This document shows, one piece after another, positions 8,239 to 17,271 of a stretch of DNA of 64,000 nt (position 1 is the first letter of the stretch; each line of letters begins with the position of its first letter). The DNA is from Escherichia phage vB_EcoM_ULIM9, in sequence record OQ850288; one strand, 5' to 3'. Under the pieces are notes generated by a model. It was not told the DNA's origin, ran no database searches, and worked only from the letters and a program-made list of their open reading frames with translations. Both the position numbers and the translations under genes were made by a program.

Positions 8239-8268
8239 ATTCTAAGGGGCTTCAAAGCCCCTTGTCAA
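8239..8268 (-). promoter_or_regulatory. sigma70-like promoter TTGACA-18-TAGAAT with GC hairpin in the spacer
   Basis: minus strand reads TTGACAaggggctttgaagccccTTAGAAT upstream of gene 7085..8194. Confidence 0.5.
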
Positions 8269-8273
8269 ACACT

Positions 8274-9095
8274 TTAATCGTAAACTGTAGTTCCTTCTGG
8301 AACACACTTCACATCAAAACCTAAGAACTTACTCACTTCGATGGGTGACACTTTATTCCAATCTAAATGGGAAAGCAAGAAGTTTTCTTGTTTTCTTTTT
8401 GAAAGGTAGTTTGTCACCTTAATAACCATACGGTCACCAGCTTTCTTAATTTTCTTGTAAAGCTTTGTATCGTTGTCAAGACAATCTTCCAAAGTTTTCA
8501 ACACACTAACAGTGTAAGTGTATGCAAATGGTGCAGCAACATACTGGATTTTACCAAACATTGCCTCTACAGCCTCTTCATTACCTTCTAGGAAGATAGT
8601 TTTGTTTGTATCCCGTGAATAGCAATAGCCACGAGAAATCTTCCTGTTATTGAACGTAAAGTTTCTGGCAATAATCCAGCTACTTGTAAGGTCAAGAATA
8701 CCATTCATGTAGATGCGTGTCATATACCTGTTATGATTAATCCAATGAACATCAGTTAAGCTGTCGTTCAAGAGTTTCTCATCTACTTCAATCCAGTCTT
8801 CTGGTATCTTTTTCCAATTTGCTTTTCGGAAAACATAGACTGTCTTTCCAATAACATTAGCAACTGACTTAGCTACATCTTCTGGGGATGAGCAAAAACA
8901 TTCACCATCAACTGTGTCACCAATTGCCTTAATGTAAAGCTGAGGTTCTTCAATTGTATCAAAGTCCTCTGAAACCTCTTTATAGGAAGCTACACCTTCT
9001 GCTGGAACAGCTTTCCAGAGTTTTACAACACCTCTTACAGCTTCTTTACGCTGGTAATGGTGCTCCTTATCAGACATTTTCACAATCTTTAACAA
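8274..9095 (-). CDS. hypothetical protein (possible rIIB-like partner of the upstream GHKL ATPase)
   Basis: 273-aa ORF immediately downstream of the GHKL ATPase gene; assignment by synteny only. Confidence 0.35.
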   Translation of the reverse strand: MLKIVKMSDKEHHYQRKEAVRGVVKLWKAVPAEGVASYKEVSEDFDTIEEPQLYIKAIGDTVDGECFCSSPEDVAKSVANVIGKTVYVFRKANWKKIPEDWIEVDEKLLNDSLTDVHWINHNRYMTRIYMNGILDLTSSWIIARNFTFNNRKISRGYCYSRDTNKTIFLEGNEEAVEAMFGKIQYVAAPFAYTYTVSVLKTLEDCLDNDTKLYKKIKKAGDRMVIKVTNYLSKRKQENFLLSHLDWNKVSPIEVSKFLGFDVKCVPEGTTVYD

Positions 9096-9130
9096 ACTTT
9101 TATCAAGTTTGTGCAGATTGATTAAGTCAT

Positions 9131-10639
9131 CTAACTCTTTTCAGTCGAGAATACAAAGACAATACCATTGTATCTGTGAAACAGACTAGACTCACTTGCA
9201 TAGTCTCGACATGCACCACGCAAGATTTGGTTACGCCCAACAGTCTTCTCAGTGCCATTTTTATTTCGACGGTCATTAATCACGAACAAAAACTGTCCAA
9301 TCTGGCTTTTGCGCATTGCACCAAAGATGTTGAACATGCTCGCCTCTTGAGTGTAGGATAGTGCTGTTGCACGAATCTTACTCTCTAAAGAGTTAAACTT
9401 GACATAAGCAACTGGATTGTATAGGTAGTCCACTTTAGGGATGTTGTTTCCTTTACTGTCAACCTTAATATTACCTTTGCCGTCACGTTCATAGATGACT
9501 GAGCCGTCTTCTGCGTAGATAATTCCACGACGAATGTTTAGTAATTCTTCTTCCAGAGAATCAAGCTTAACGCCTCCCCACTCTAGCTTTGGACACACAG
9601 CATTAAACATCTCTCGTGAGTTCAAACGTAACTCAGCATAAGCCTGTGCAGCATCCATGAGTGTAGGTTGGCTATTAACTTTCTTGATAACATCCTTTGT
9701 AATTGCTTCAGTTATCTTTTTAGTAGCCTCAATGATAACATTTTTTGTCGTGTCATTCATCTGCAATGCTTCACGAGAAGCTGCAATAGCAACTGAACCA
9801 ATAGGCATGTAGATGTTTACAAGGTCTACGCTCCTACGGAAAAATTCTGGCAAGACTTTGAAGAAATCATCACCAAGTAATGCTTCCATGTTAACAGGGT
9901 ATGCAATGTTACCCATCACCACATTAAACTCTGTCCTGTTACCACTAGAACGCCAGCTTTGCTTATGAATCATGGCATCATAAACACCTTCTTCACGGGC
10001 AATGACGTTCATATCTGCTAATACATCGTCATACTCGATATTGCTTTCTGGTTTTACAGCAAAGTATGAGTATACGTGACCAGCTTCTTCAAAGAATTTT
10101 GAGATACGATGGTCAGCAACTGCTACACGTACAGCTAAGCCATTAGGTTCCTTTGTTGGGTTGGTAGTCAGCTTAGTCACTTGAGGAATACCATTCTCAA
10201 GATAAACAGAGTACTTATTAACAACACCGTCAACATAGCTAGATACTGTGAATGACTGAGCAATTGCAAATGGGGATTTTGAGCCGATACCCATTGCACC
10301 AATGTAATCATTAGAGTCATTCTTCGTAGAAGCCCCGTAGTTTAGGTACAAACTCATAACTTTATCATGAGTCAATCCAGTTCCAAAATCACGGACTTCA
10401 AAGTAAGGCTCAAATCGAGTAGGCAAATGCACATGGAACGGGATGTTTTCTTTTCCAGCTTCTTTCTGAGCATCTACTGCGTTACATGACAGTTCACGAA
10501 TCACTGCCCTTTCTTTAAACGTGTATACACCAGAACTCAAAAGGCTGAACATTTCAGGTGTCATTGTAATCTGTGCTTGAGACGTCTCTAAAGAAGTTGA
10601 ACTCTTAATCACTTCTGCGTGGTCGTTTACCATGCGCAT
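9131..10639 (-). CDS. GHKL/Bergerat-fold ATPase domain protein (rIIA-like)
   Basis: IRELSCNAVDA (N box ExxxNAxDA), VRDFGTGL (DxGxG) and GAMGIGSKS (G2 box) in order. Confidence 0.55.
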   Translation of the reverse strand: MRMVNDHAEVIKSSTSLETSQAQITMTPEMFSLLSSGVYTFKERAVIRELSCNAVDAQKEAGKENIPFHVHLPTRFEPYFEVRDFGTGLTHDKVMSLYLNYGASTKNDSNDYIGAMGIGSKSPFAIAQSFTVSSYVDGVVNKYSVYLENGIPQVTKLTTNPTKEPNGLAVRVAVADHRISKFFEEAGHVYSYFAVKPESNIEYDDVLADMNVIAREEGVYDAMIHKQSWRSSGNRTEFNVVMGNIAYPVNMEALLGDDFFKVLPEFFRRSVDLVNIYMPIGSVAIAASREALQMNDTTKNVIIEATKKITEAITKDVIKKVNSQPTLMDAAQAYAELRLNSREMFNAVCPKLEWGGVKLDSLEEELLNIRRGIIYAEDGSVIYERDGKGNIKVDSKGNNIPKVDYLYNPVAYVKFNSLESKIRATALSYTQEASMFNIFGAMRKSQIGQFLFVINDRRNKNGTEKTVGRNQILRGACRDYASESSLFHRYNGIVFVFSTEKS

Positions 10640-10667
10640 AATACTTTCCTCTCAGTTTACTGTTAAA

Positions 10668-10844
10668 TTACTTATTAAACATTTTACCAGAACCACCACA
10701 CATAGGGCAACATCCTGCCCTTATGTACCCCTCTCCATTACAGTAGTCACATTTTTTGTGCTCTGCAAAGTACTTACAAAGGAGGTAAACAAATACTGCT
10801 ACACTACCAAGTGACAGTAAAATTTCTATCCAATATGCTTGCAT
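10668..10844 (-). CDS. small membrane-anchored zinc-finger protein (unannotated 58-aa ORF)
   Basis: own translation MQAYWIEILLSLGSVAVFVYLLCKYFAEHKKCDYCNGEGYIRAGCCPMCGGSGKMFNK: TM helix plus two CxxCxGxG motifs; GAGG RBS; starts inside the 3' end of 10826..11161. Confidence 0.3.
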   Translation of the reverse strand: MQAYWIEILLSLGSVAVFVYLLCKYFAEHKKCDYCNGEGYIRAGCCPMCGGSGKMFNK

Positions 10845-11161
10845 GACTCACCTCTCATATTCTTGTAAAGGATAAAGCTTCTGTCATGAACGATACTTGT
10901 AGATACTGCAAAGTTACTTTCAAGCATCTGTTTGTTTGGATTGTAGAAGCTTTCTTTAAACTCGTCAAGTGCAAATTGGTGATGTTGTGGAAGACCTTTT
11001 ACACAAACCTTTATTGTGATTGCTGCTGCAACCTTGCCAGCCAGTTCTTCTTTAGCTGCTACTAAAATTTTGTTAAGGAACTTATGACCATCTTCATGCT
11101 TCTTGATGTTCTCCCAACGTTCTTCTAAGACAATGTTGATGTTCATTTCTTTGATTTTCAT
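10826..11161 (-). CDS. hypothetical protein
   Basis: 111-aa ORF. Confidence 0.45.
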   Translation of the reverse strand: MKIKEMNINIVLEERWENIKKHEDGHKFLNKILVAAKEELAGKVAAAITIKVCVKGLPQHHQFALDEFKESFYNPNKQMLESNFAVSTSIVHDRSFILYKNMRGESCKHIG

Positions 11162-11178
11162 AGTCTTCTCCAGAAATT

Positions 11179-11199
11179 AAAAAGGCTCCCGTAGGAGCC
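11179..11199 (-). terminator. intrinsic terminator (GGCTCC-uacg-GGAGCC plus U-run)
   Basis: plus-strand aaaaaGGCTCCcgtaGGAGCC 3' of the Nampt-like gene. Confidence 0.6.
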
Positions 11200-11214
11200 T
11201 CTTATCATATACTT

Positions 11215-12996
11215 TTAAAGCTGCTTGTCAATATTATTTCGAATATCACCAAGCGTTGTGTAACCGAACTGCTCAGAGTCACTAAAGACTAAACGTAAAG
11301 CACAAACTGGGTGGTCAAGTGCATCTGCAAAACTCTGGAATCCATAGCCATCTACAGCTTTCAGCTTATCACCATCCCACATAGGTGCTACACCACCAAA
11401 GGCAGATTTCTTAACACCACTATCTGTTTTAGGGTCTTTTGCAAGCATAATCTCTTTACCACCAATGCTTGCAAGAGTTGCTTTGACAGCAAATGCAAAG
11501 GTGTCACGAGTCATGTACTGGTAAGTGTAAGAGCCTACACCAAACACTACGTTAGAGCTTGCAAAACCCATTTCATACAGACGCTTCAGGATTTCGTTTG
11601 CACGTTCCAGTGTGATAGAGTCACCATAGATAAGGCCGATATGCTCATCCAGTACCTTAAACCCTTTAGAGTTAAGAGTTCCCCCAAAGATGTTGTACAG
11701 TGTCTTAATAGCTCCATCAATCTCCGCTACAGGGCGTGTTACAACGTTTGCAGAGCCAACCATATAAGCATTCTTCAACATCACTGTATCAGCAACTTCA
11801 AAGTCTTCTCTGTCAACAACCATTTCGTAGCCTTCTGACAGTAGCCATCCAGCAATACCATAGTTGACGTTTTCAAGCTTCATGTTCAGAACAGCATTCA
11901 ACATTGTGTCACTGGCTTCCAGCTTGCTTAGGTGCTCGTAATAAGCCTTCTTAGCACATTCTAAGTGGATTGCTTTATAACCTGTGACAATATGTACAGG
12001 GTCTCCAGAGTCAGGACGAATTACCAGTTTACCGTCACGTTCCATAATTTCTTTACGAAGTGCTGGTAAGATTTCTGACACAGTTCTCCAGAAGTTATAA
12101 GTATCTGAAACAATACTTGCAATACCAGTTGGGTAAGTTTCTGTTAAGAAACGACGGAAGGTTTGTAACTCACCTTTAAAGCGTCTTTCTTCTTCAATCA
12201 ACTCATTACCACCTTCCCAAGCAATGTTTGCACACATTACAGAGTGCTCAGTGGCTGGTACAGAGCTACCAATATCAGAGATTGGGTAAGACTGTCCATA
12301 GATTCGTTTAGCCGTATACACAGCAGGGAAGCTATCAGTTCCTTTAAAGCTGGTTAAGTGACCTACAGCATTAAATGCGTCATCAGTAAAGCCGGACATA
12401 CCACGCATAGCAAAGTCGTGGCACTGATAAGGTAAATGTAGGTCGTTGTCACAAGTAAGGTCAGCCCACTTCTTACAGATGCGTTTGTAATGCAATGCAA
12501 TAGTTGCAATGGTACAAGCTTTCCAAATCTCAGCAGAGAAAGCATCTTCCAGATAACCTGCTACCCAATGGAAACCTGAAACAGTGTTCTGGAAGACAAT
12601 CATTGGGACACGCATAGGGACAACTGTACCTTCTTCTACAGCGTATACTTCAACTGGTAGATAGCCTAAGTCGTGAAGTGCTTCCCAATGCTCTCGACCG
12701 ATAGCATCTTTACCCAGAACACCATTCATGACTTCTAAGATTTCATCAATGGCTTCTTTTTTATCACGTTCAAAGAAAGTGGCGTTCCAGTGGTCTATCA
12801 AGTAATCTTTAACGAAACGTTGAATACCAAAAGCCACTACACCATCAATTGCTAAGGGGCTGTTAAACCATTTATCACTACGTGGTGTCAGGTTCAACAT
12901 AAGATATTGCGTAGCATCTGGATACTGATATATATGTGATGCCTTGTAAGCATCTGCATTAAGACCTGCTGGTACTGCGTAAAGTGACTTACTCAT
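11215..12996 (-). CDS. nadV: nicotinamide phosphoribosyltransferase-family protein (Nampt/NadV-like; candidate Namat of an NAD+ reconstitution pathway)
   Basis: DAYKASHIYQYP, CHDFAMRGMSG...HLTSFKGTDS and IRPDSGDP align with conserved Nampt segments as recalled; 593 aa. Confidence 0.85.
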   Translation of the reverse strand: MSKSLYAVPAGLNADAYKASHIYQYPDATQYLMLNLTPRSDKWFNSPLAIDGVVAFGIQRFVKDYLIDHWNATFFERDKKEAIDEILEVMNGVLGKDAIGREHWEALHDLGYLPVEVYAVEEGTVVPMRVPMIVFQNTVSGFHWVAGYLEDAFSAEIWKACTIATIALHYKRICKKWADLTCDNDLHLPYQCHDFAMRGMSGFTDDAFNAVGHLTSFKGTDSFPAVYTAKRIYGQSYPISDIGSSVPATEHSVMCANIAWEGGNELIEEERRFKGELQTFRRFLTETYPTGIASIVSDTYNFWRTVSEILPALRKEIMERDGKLVIRPDSGDPVHIVTGYKAIHLECAKKAYYEHLSKLEASDTMLNAVLNMKLENVNYGIAGWLLSEGYEMVVDREDFEVADTVMLKNAYMVGSANVVTRPVAEIDGAIKTLYNIFGGTLNSKGFKVLDEHIGLIYGDSITLERANEILKRLYEMGFASSNVVFGVGSYTYQYMTRDTFAFAVKATLASIGGKEIMLAKDPKTDSGVKKSAFGGVAPMWDGDKLKAVDGYGFQSFADALDHPVCALRLVFSDSEQFGYTTLGDIRNNIDKQL

Positions 12997-13010
12997 ATTT
13001 TATCTCTCTC

Positions 13011-13502
13011 TTAGTTATGTCTTGCAAACTCACCATGAAGTTCTATTCGCTTTTTAATTACAGCTTCTTTTGCTTCTTCTACCGTTTTAAATCTTCCACA
13101 AAAGTATTCTTTATGGTAAAGCATGACTCTTGCTTTGTAAAGACCTGTTTGTTTACAAAAACTTACACCCTTCACACCAGTTTTATTATTCTTGTGTATA
13201 CCCCTATTCCTCTGATTTTGTGACTTTGTGCTAAGTCTTAAATTCTCCAGCTTATTATTAGCTTTATCAAGGTCTATGTGGTCTATCTCATATCCACTTG
13301 GTATCTCACCTCCAGACATAATCCATGCAATATTATGTGCATAGTACCTCTTCTTATTTATCTGGACTTGGATATAACCCTTCTTAGACCTTGTGCCAGC
13401 CACATTACCAGCAATAGCGGTACTGCAAAGGGTTACTCTCCAAATTAATAAACCTGTATCTGGTTCATATATTAGGTATTTTTCAAAATAACCCTTATTC
13501 AT
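13011..13502 (-). CDS. HNH homing endonuclease (paralog 1)
   Basis: YEPDTGLLIWR N-terminal motif and ELHGEFARHN C-terminus shared with the ORFs at 26050 and 36137; HxxxxDxxxxN-type core (EIDHIDLDKANN). Confidence 0.7.
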   Translation of the reverse strand: MNKGYFEKYLIYEPDTGLLIWRVTLCSTAIAGNVAGTRSKKGYIQVQINKKRYYAHNIAWIMSGGEIPSGYEIDHIDLDKANNKLENLRLSTKSQNQRNRGIHKNNKTGVKGVSFCKQTGLYKARVMLYHKEYFCGRFKTVEEAKEAVIKKRIELHGEFARHN

Positions 13503-13510
13503 ACTGTTAC

Positions 13511-14392
13511 CTAATCAATGTTTGCTACAGTAACTTGACTATAATGTGTTAAGCCACGGTCTTTAGCTTCCCCTAAAGAGTTTGTAGTGTAGATGTGGTC
13601 AATGCCATTGTCAAGAAGGTTTTCAACGCCTTTAGAGAAGATACCATGAGTCACATAGAGTTCCACACGTTTTGCACCTGCTTCACGAAGATGTTTAGCT
13701 GCTTCTATGAAGGTTCGACCGCCATCACAGATATCGTCGAGAATCATAACAGTTTTATCGTTCAAATCAACATCATCAAGGATTCGCATACCAGTAATTT
13801 CACCAGTCTTAAGGTTACGTACTTTAGACATTGTGATGTATGGTTTATCCACCTCTTTAGTAGTCTCTGCAATCTTCTTAGAAGCACCTGCATCTGGGGC
13901 TACTAAGTAATCAATCAGAGGGTCATTTGCGTAATGGACTGCAATCTCCTTTTGAGGAATACTCTGGAAGCAATTGAAAAGGTTATCTGGAACGTAACTA
14001 TGAGGGTCAACTGCACAGACTGCATCAAAACCCATTGCATTAACCTGTTGTGCAAACACTTTCAAAGCTGCTGCATCACCTTTAAACATGTGACGGTCGT
14101 AACGTGCATTTGGCAAATAGTAAAAGATAGCAGTCTTCATAGCAAACTTATGAGGTACTAAATCATCAATTGCCTCTTTAGCAAGTGCCACAGCAAATAA
14201 TGTGTCTTTGTCATAACCCTTTATAATCATAATCACGTTGTTGATGGATGATGCAGCATAAGCAGTAAAATCAACAAACTCTGGTGAAAAATGTCCACCA
14301 ATCTCACCAGAAGGAAATTGTACGATGTTAAACTCTTCTTCGTGAGTCCCTTTAGTTGGTGAATGAACTGTAACACGGATAGATGTTTTCAT
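13511..14392 (-). CDS. prs: ribose-phosphate pyrophosphokinase-family protein (Prs-like; candidate ADP-ribose pyrophosphokinase)
   Basis: PRPP-binding loop VMILDDICDGGRTF and DPHS motif; start trimmed to ATG 14392 (track start 14407 is a TTG). Confidence 0.8.
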   Translation of the reverse strand: MKTSIRVTVHSPTKGTHEEEFNIVQFPSGEIGGHFSPEFVDFTAYAASSINNVIMIIKGYDKDTLFAVALAKEAIDDLVPHKFAMKTAIFYYLPNARYDRHMFKGDAAALKVFAQQVNAMGFDAVCAVDPHSYVPDNLFNCFQSIPQKEIAVHYANDPLIDYLVAPDAGASKKIAETTKEVDKPYITMSKVRNLKTGEITGMRILDDVDLNDKTVMILDDICDGGRTFIEAAKHLREAGAKRVELYVTHGIFSKGVENLLDNGIDHIYTTNSLGEAKDRGLTHYSQVTVANID

Positions 14393-14403
14393 AGTTTTGT
14401 CTC

Positions 14404-14682
14404 TCAATCAAAGGTTACGTTTGTTACTGCCATTGCAGATTTGCATTTTACAGGGTCTACAACGTGGTAAAGTACACTACAGTTGCCTGTGCTGTCTGGT
14501 ACAGGTTTTACCCATTGATGCTTTATAGTTGGCTCTCCTAAGTCTTTGTAAGAACCATCTGTAAAGTTGTTTACCATCTCAAGTGCAATTGGTTCTGGAA
14601 CATGACCACGTATCATGTACATTTCACAACCATTACCACCTTCACTGACTAATGGTAAAATTTCCCACTTCTCTTTAGCCAT
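14404..14682 (-). CDS. hypothetical protein
   Basis: 92-aa ORF between the 171-aa ORF and the Prs-like gene, no intervening terminator. Confidence 0.4.
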   Translation of the reverse strand: MAKEKWEILPLVSEGGNGCEMYMIRGHVPEPIALEMVNNFTDGSYKDLGEPTIKHQWVKPVPDSTGNCSVLYHVVDPVKCKSAMAVTNVTFD

Positions 14683-15190
14683 TGTAAGTTGCCCTATAAA
14701 CTGTCTCGAACTTCAACAGGAGAGATATTGCCAAATCTGTATAGTTGTTGTCAAGCACATCTGGCATATTATTTTTGATATACTTCTCTTGCTCTTCGTA
14801 GGTCATCTTAGGGATGCTTAGAAGACTGTCGCCTTGCTTCTGGTTATCAAGCTTAGTCTGGATAAACCAGTTTGCACAGTGATGCTCACCACCCTTTGTA
14901 ACAGGCTTGTGGTGACCTAATGTGAAGGATTGGCTACCTGTGTATCTGCAAAGTTTATTGAGCACTGTAATGGTGTTCTTCACAACAAACAATTCATACA
15001 GGTTATCTATAGTGTAGTGTGGGTAATAACGGAATAGTGCTCTTTCACGAGTACTTTCACGATTCCAGAGAATCATGTGATTGGAGTTTGAGGGGTCGTA
15101 TTGGTGGGAGTCAATGAACTCTTGACGTTCCTCAAAGCTGAGTCTTAGCACTGACATTGCAGCAGAACGTTTTAGGTTTGACAGATACAT
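14675..15190 (-). CDS. hypothetical protein with HNH-like motif
   Basis: GHHKPVTKGGEHHCANWFIQTKLDNQK resembles the HH...GG...N...N HNH core; first gene after the terminator at 15201-15229. Confidence 0.35.
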   Translation of the reverse strand: MYLSNLKRSAAMSVLRLSFEERQEFIDSHQYDPSNSNHMILWNRESTRERALFRYYPHYTIDNLYELFVVKNTITVLNKLCRYTGSQSFTLGHHKPVTKGGEHHCANWFIQTKLDNQKQGDSLLSIPKMTYEEQEKYIKNNMPDVLDNNYTDLAISLLLKFETVYRATYNG

Positions 15191-15200
15191 ATCATCTCCA

Positions 15201-15229
15201 AAATAAAAAGGGAACCTTTACAGTTCCCT
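15201..15229 (-). terminator. intrinsic terminator
   Basis: plus-strand aaaaAGGGAACctttacaGTTCCCTT; minus-strand hairpin followed by UUUUUAUUUU. Confidence 0.55.
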
Positions 15230-15241
15230 TATAGTATCTGC

Positions 15242-15562
15242 TTACTGAGCTACTTTCAAGATTCTTGTGAATGGAATTTCACTTTCTTCCATTAACTCTT
15301 TAGTTTCTTTGGTAACTTTCACAAAGTTATCTAGGCAGATAATCTTCTTATCTTTCTTACTATAGGTTAATTTAACCTTTTCAATATCTTTCTCAGAGCT
15401 TTTCTCTTCATTGAAGAGTTTTACAGCCTCTTTGAATGGGAGATATGAGCCATCATTATCGCTAATGAATCCTGTACCACAATAGTAGGAGTTATGCTCT
15501 CTAGCCATAAACTGGCACAGTAAGAAAATCTGTAATTTACGAGTGTTATAAACTTTGCTCAT
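15242..15562 (-). CDS. hypothetical protein
   Basis: 106-aa ORF. Confidence 0.4.
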   Translation of the reverse strand: MSKVYNTRKLQIFLLCQFMAREHNSYYCGTGFISDNDGSYLPFKEAVKLFNEEKSSEKDIEKVKLTYSKKDKKIICLDNFVKVTKETKELMEESEIPFTRILKVAQ

Positions 15563-15564
15563 GA

Positions 15565-15831
15565 TTATTTAGCCTTCTTATTACGTTTACGGTTACGAGC
15601 TTTCTTAGCTGCTCGTTTAATAGCTGCTGCACCAGACGGACGGTGGGCTTGTTTCTTACCACCTTTGCCACGGCCTACATAGATGTAAGGCTGCTGTTCA
15701 ATTTGGCTTGTAAGAACCTGTGCAACCGCTGAAGCATCTACACCGACCTGCTTTCCAGTCATAGAAACAATTGCTGCTGCTTTTGCCAGTGCCTTCAAGA
15801 AGCCAGCTTTCATATCACCTAAAATTCCCAT
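15565..15831 (-). CDS. hypothetical protein with highly basic C-terminus
   Basis: 88 aa ending KRAAKKARNRKRNKKAK. Confidence 0.4.
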   Translation of the reverse strand: MGILGDMKAGFLKALAKAAAIVSMTGKQVGVDASAVAQVLTSQIEQQPYIYVGRGKGGKKQAHRPSGAAAIKRAAKKARNRKRNKKAK

Positions 15832-15846
15832 TTTTAGTCTCTCTCA

Positions 15847-16122
15847 TTAAAGTTTAATACAGAACTTATGAAGTTCTTCTTCAGTGATACCTATTGGAGT
15901 GATACCTTCTCTGATATTTTGAATCCTGTAGAAGTCTCCAAACTTATCTGATTCATGAATGACAAACGTGACATTCTTTACAATCGTTGCAAGAGCACAT
16001 AATGAACGTGAACCAAATTTTTCTCTCGTATAAATCATCCAAGCATCTAACTTGTTGATGTCGTAAGTCCACTTACCAGAATAATCATTCTGCTCGCCAT
16101 TGACAATCACCTTGCCATCCAT
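15847..16122 (-). CDS. hypothetical protein (start uncertain)
   Basis: track ORF 15847..16203 overlaps the nrdG 3' end; internal ATG at 16122 has a GGAG RBS. Confidence 0.3.
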   Translation of the reverse strand: MDGKVIVNGEQNDYSGKWTYDINKLDAWMIYTREKFGSRSLCALATIVKNVTFVIHESDKFGDFYRIQNIREGITPIGITEEELHKFCIKL

Positions 16123-16570
16123 ACTCTTTTCTCCACAAATTTTGGTTGTCTGAACCACGATATGGTTTAACTGTTGGTTTAGAAGAATCATACTTACCAT
16201 CAATCACCACGTCAACATATTTCATCACATCTAGGTGAATTTTTTCGTGTAACTGAAAACCTGTCCAAAGCCATATAGACTTTTCTGGATAAACAGTTTT
16301 AATACGCTTGCATATGTTGGTAACCTCTTGAATGTTTCTATCATCCAGAGGCTCCCCACCAAGTATTGACAGTCCACTGATAGCATTATCATTCATTAAC
16401 TGAATAATTCCGTAAAGGTTTGCATAAGTAAATACTTTACCAGCATTAAACTTCCAAGACTCCCTGTTAAAGCAGCCTTCACAGTGATGCTTACAACCAG
16501 CTACGAAGAGGCTTACACGAACCCCTTCACCATTAGCTGTGTCAAATGGTCTAATCTCCATGTAATTCAT
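16085..16570 (-). CDS. nrdG: anaerobic ribonucleotide reductase activating protein (radical SAM)
   Basis: FVAGCKHHCEGCFN Cx3Cx2C cluster near the N-terminus; about 160 aa; adjacent to the class III RNR gene. Confidence 0.8.
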   Translation of the reverse strand: MNYMEIRPFDTANGEGVRVSLFVAGCKHHCEGCFNRESWKFNAGKVFTYANLYGIIQLMNDNAISGLSILGGEPLDDRNIQEVTNICKRIKTVYPEKSIWLWTGFQLHEKIHLDVMKYVDVVIDGKYDSSKPTVKPYRGSDNQNLWRKEYGWQGDCQWRAE

Positions 16571-16579
16571 CTAGTTACC

Positions 16580-16879
16580 TCACCAATACATATAAGTGCT
16601 CTGAGCAGCTTTCTTTGGAGACTTACTATCAATGTCAAAGTCTTCATCTAAGTAGGATGTCTTAGAAAGCTGCCTTATTTGTGTTCTTGTAAGACGTTTA
16701 GTAGCCTTCTTAATCTCTCTACAAGGCTGGCTTGTAAAGTCATAAGAGCCTCCTTTTCTGGACATCATATCAGAATGGAAGTAGACATCTGAAGCATTTT
16801 CTCTGTTACGTACCTCATTTCTCCACTCATAGAGTCCATGAACGTTCTTCAAACCTTTTCTTCGAATTGTTTTACTCAT
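16580..16879 (-). CDS. hypothetical protein
   Basis: 99-aa ORF. Confidence 0.4.
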   Translation of the reverse strand: MSKTIRRKGLKNVHGLYEWRNEVRNRENASDVYFHSDMMSRKGGSYDFTSQPCREIKKATKRLTRTQIRQLSKTSYLDEDFDIDSKSPKKAAQSTYMYW

Positions 16880-17271
16880 TCAAACACCACCTGACAAGGA
16901 ACCTGTTTAGTAATAAACTCTTCACAATGCTCTTTAATGAAGTTTTGTAATGGCACACAGTCTTGTGCACAAGTCATTAGCATAATGTACTCTGGATTCA
17001 TAATATTTTCAAGACTGTAGAAGACAACATCGTCAGATAGCTCGTGACCATCTTCTTCAGACCAAGTTCCAGTGACTACAGCTAATTTGTCAAGTAATTC
17101 ATTAGGCAAAGATACACCATCTTCTACGGAATCACTCAGAACATTGTCGCCAATATACAATGTGAAGGTTGTGTGAAATGTTGAGTACCTTACGTGATTC
17201 TTTTCACAAGAGCCACACTCTGAGGCATAATCTTTAATCCACTCTAACTGTTTTTGGTTCAACTTAATCAT
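16876..17271 (-). CDS. hypothetical protein
   Basis: 131-aa ORF, Cys-containing. Confidence 0.4.
   Translation of the reverse strand: MIKLNQKQLEWIKDYASECGSCEKNHVRYSTFHTTFTLYIGDNVLSDSVEDGVSLPNELLDKLAVVTGTWSEEDGHELSDDVVFYSLENIMNPEYIMLMTCAQDCVPLQNFIKEHCEEFITKQVPCQVVFE

Noticed and set aside
11311-11838. 175-aa plus-strand ORF antisense to the Nampt-like gene
   Set aside because: It lies entirely inside a well-supported minus-strand gene, is Cys-rich with low-complexity composition and has no RBS; likely a frame artefact. The same applies to other antisense track ORFs such as 33725..34114, 47235..47762 and 59137..59691.
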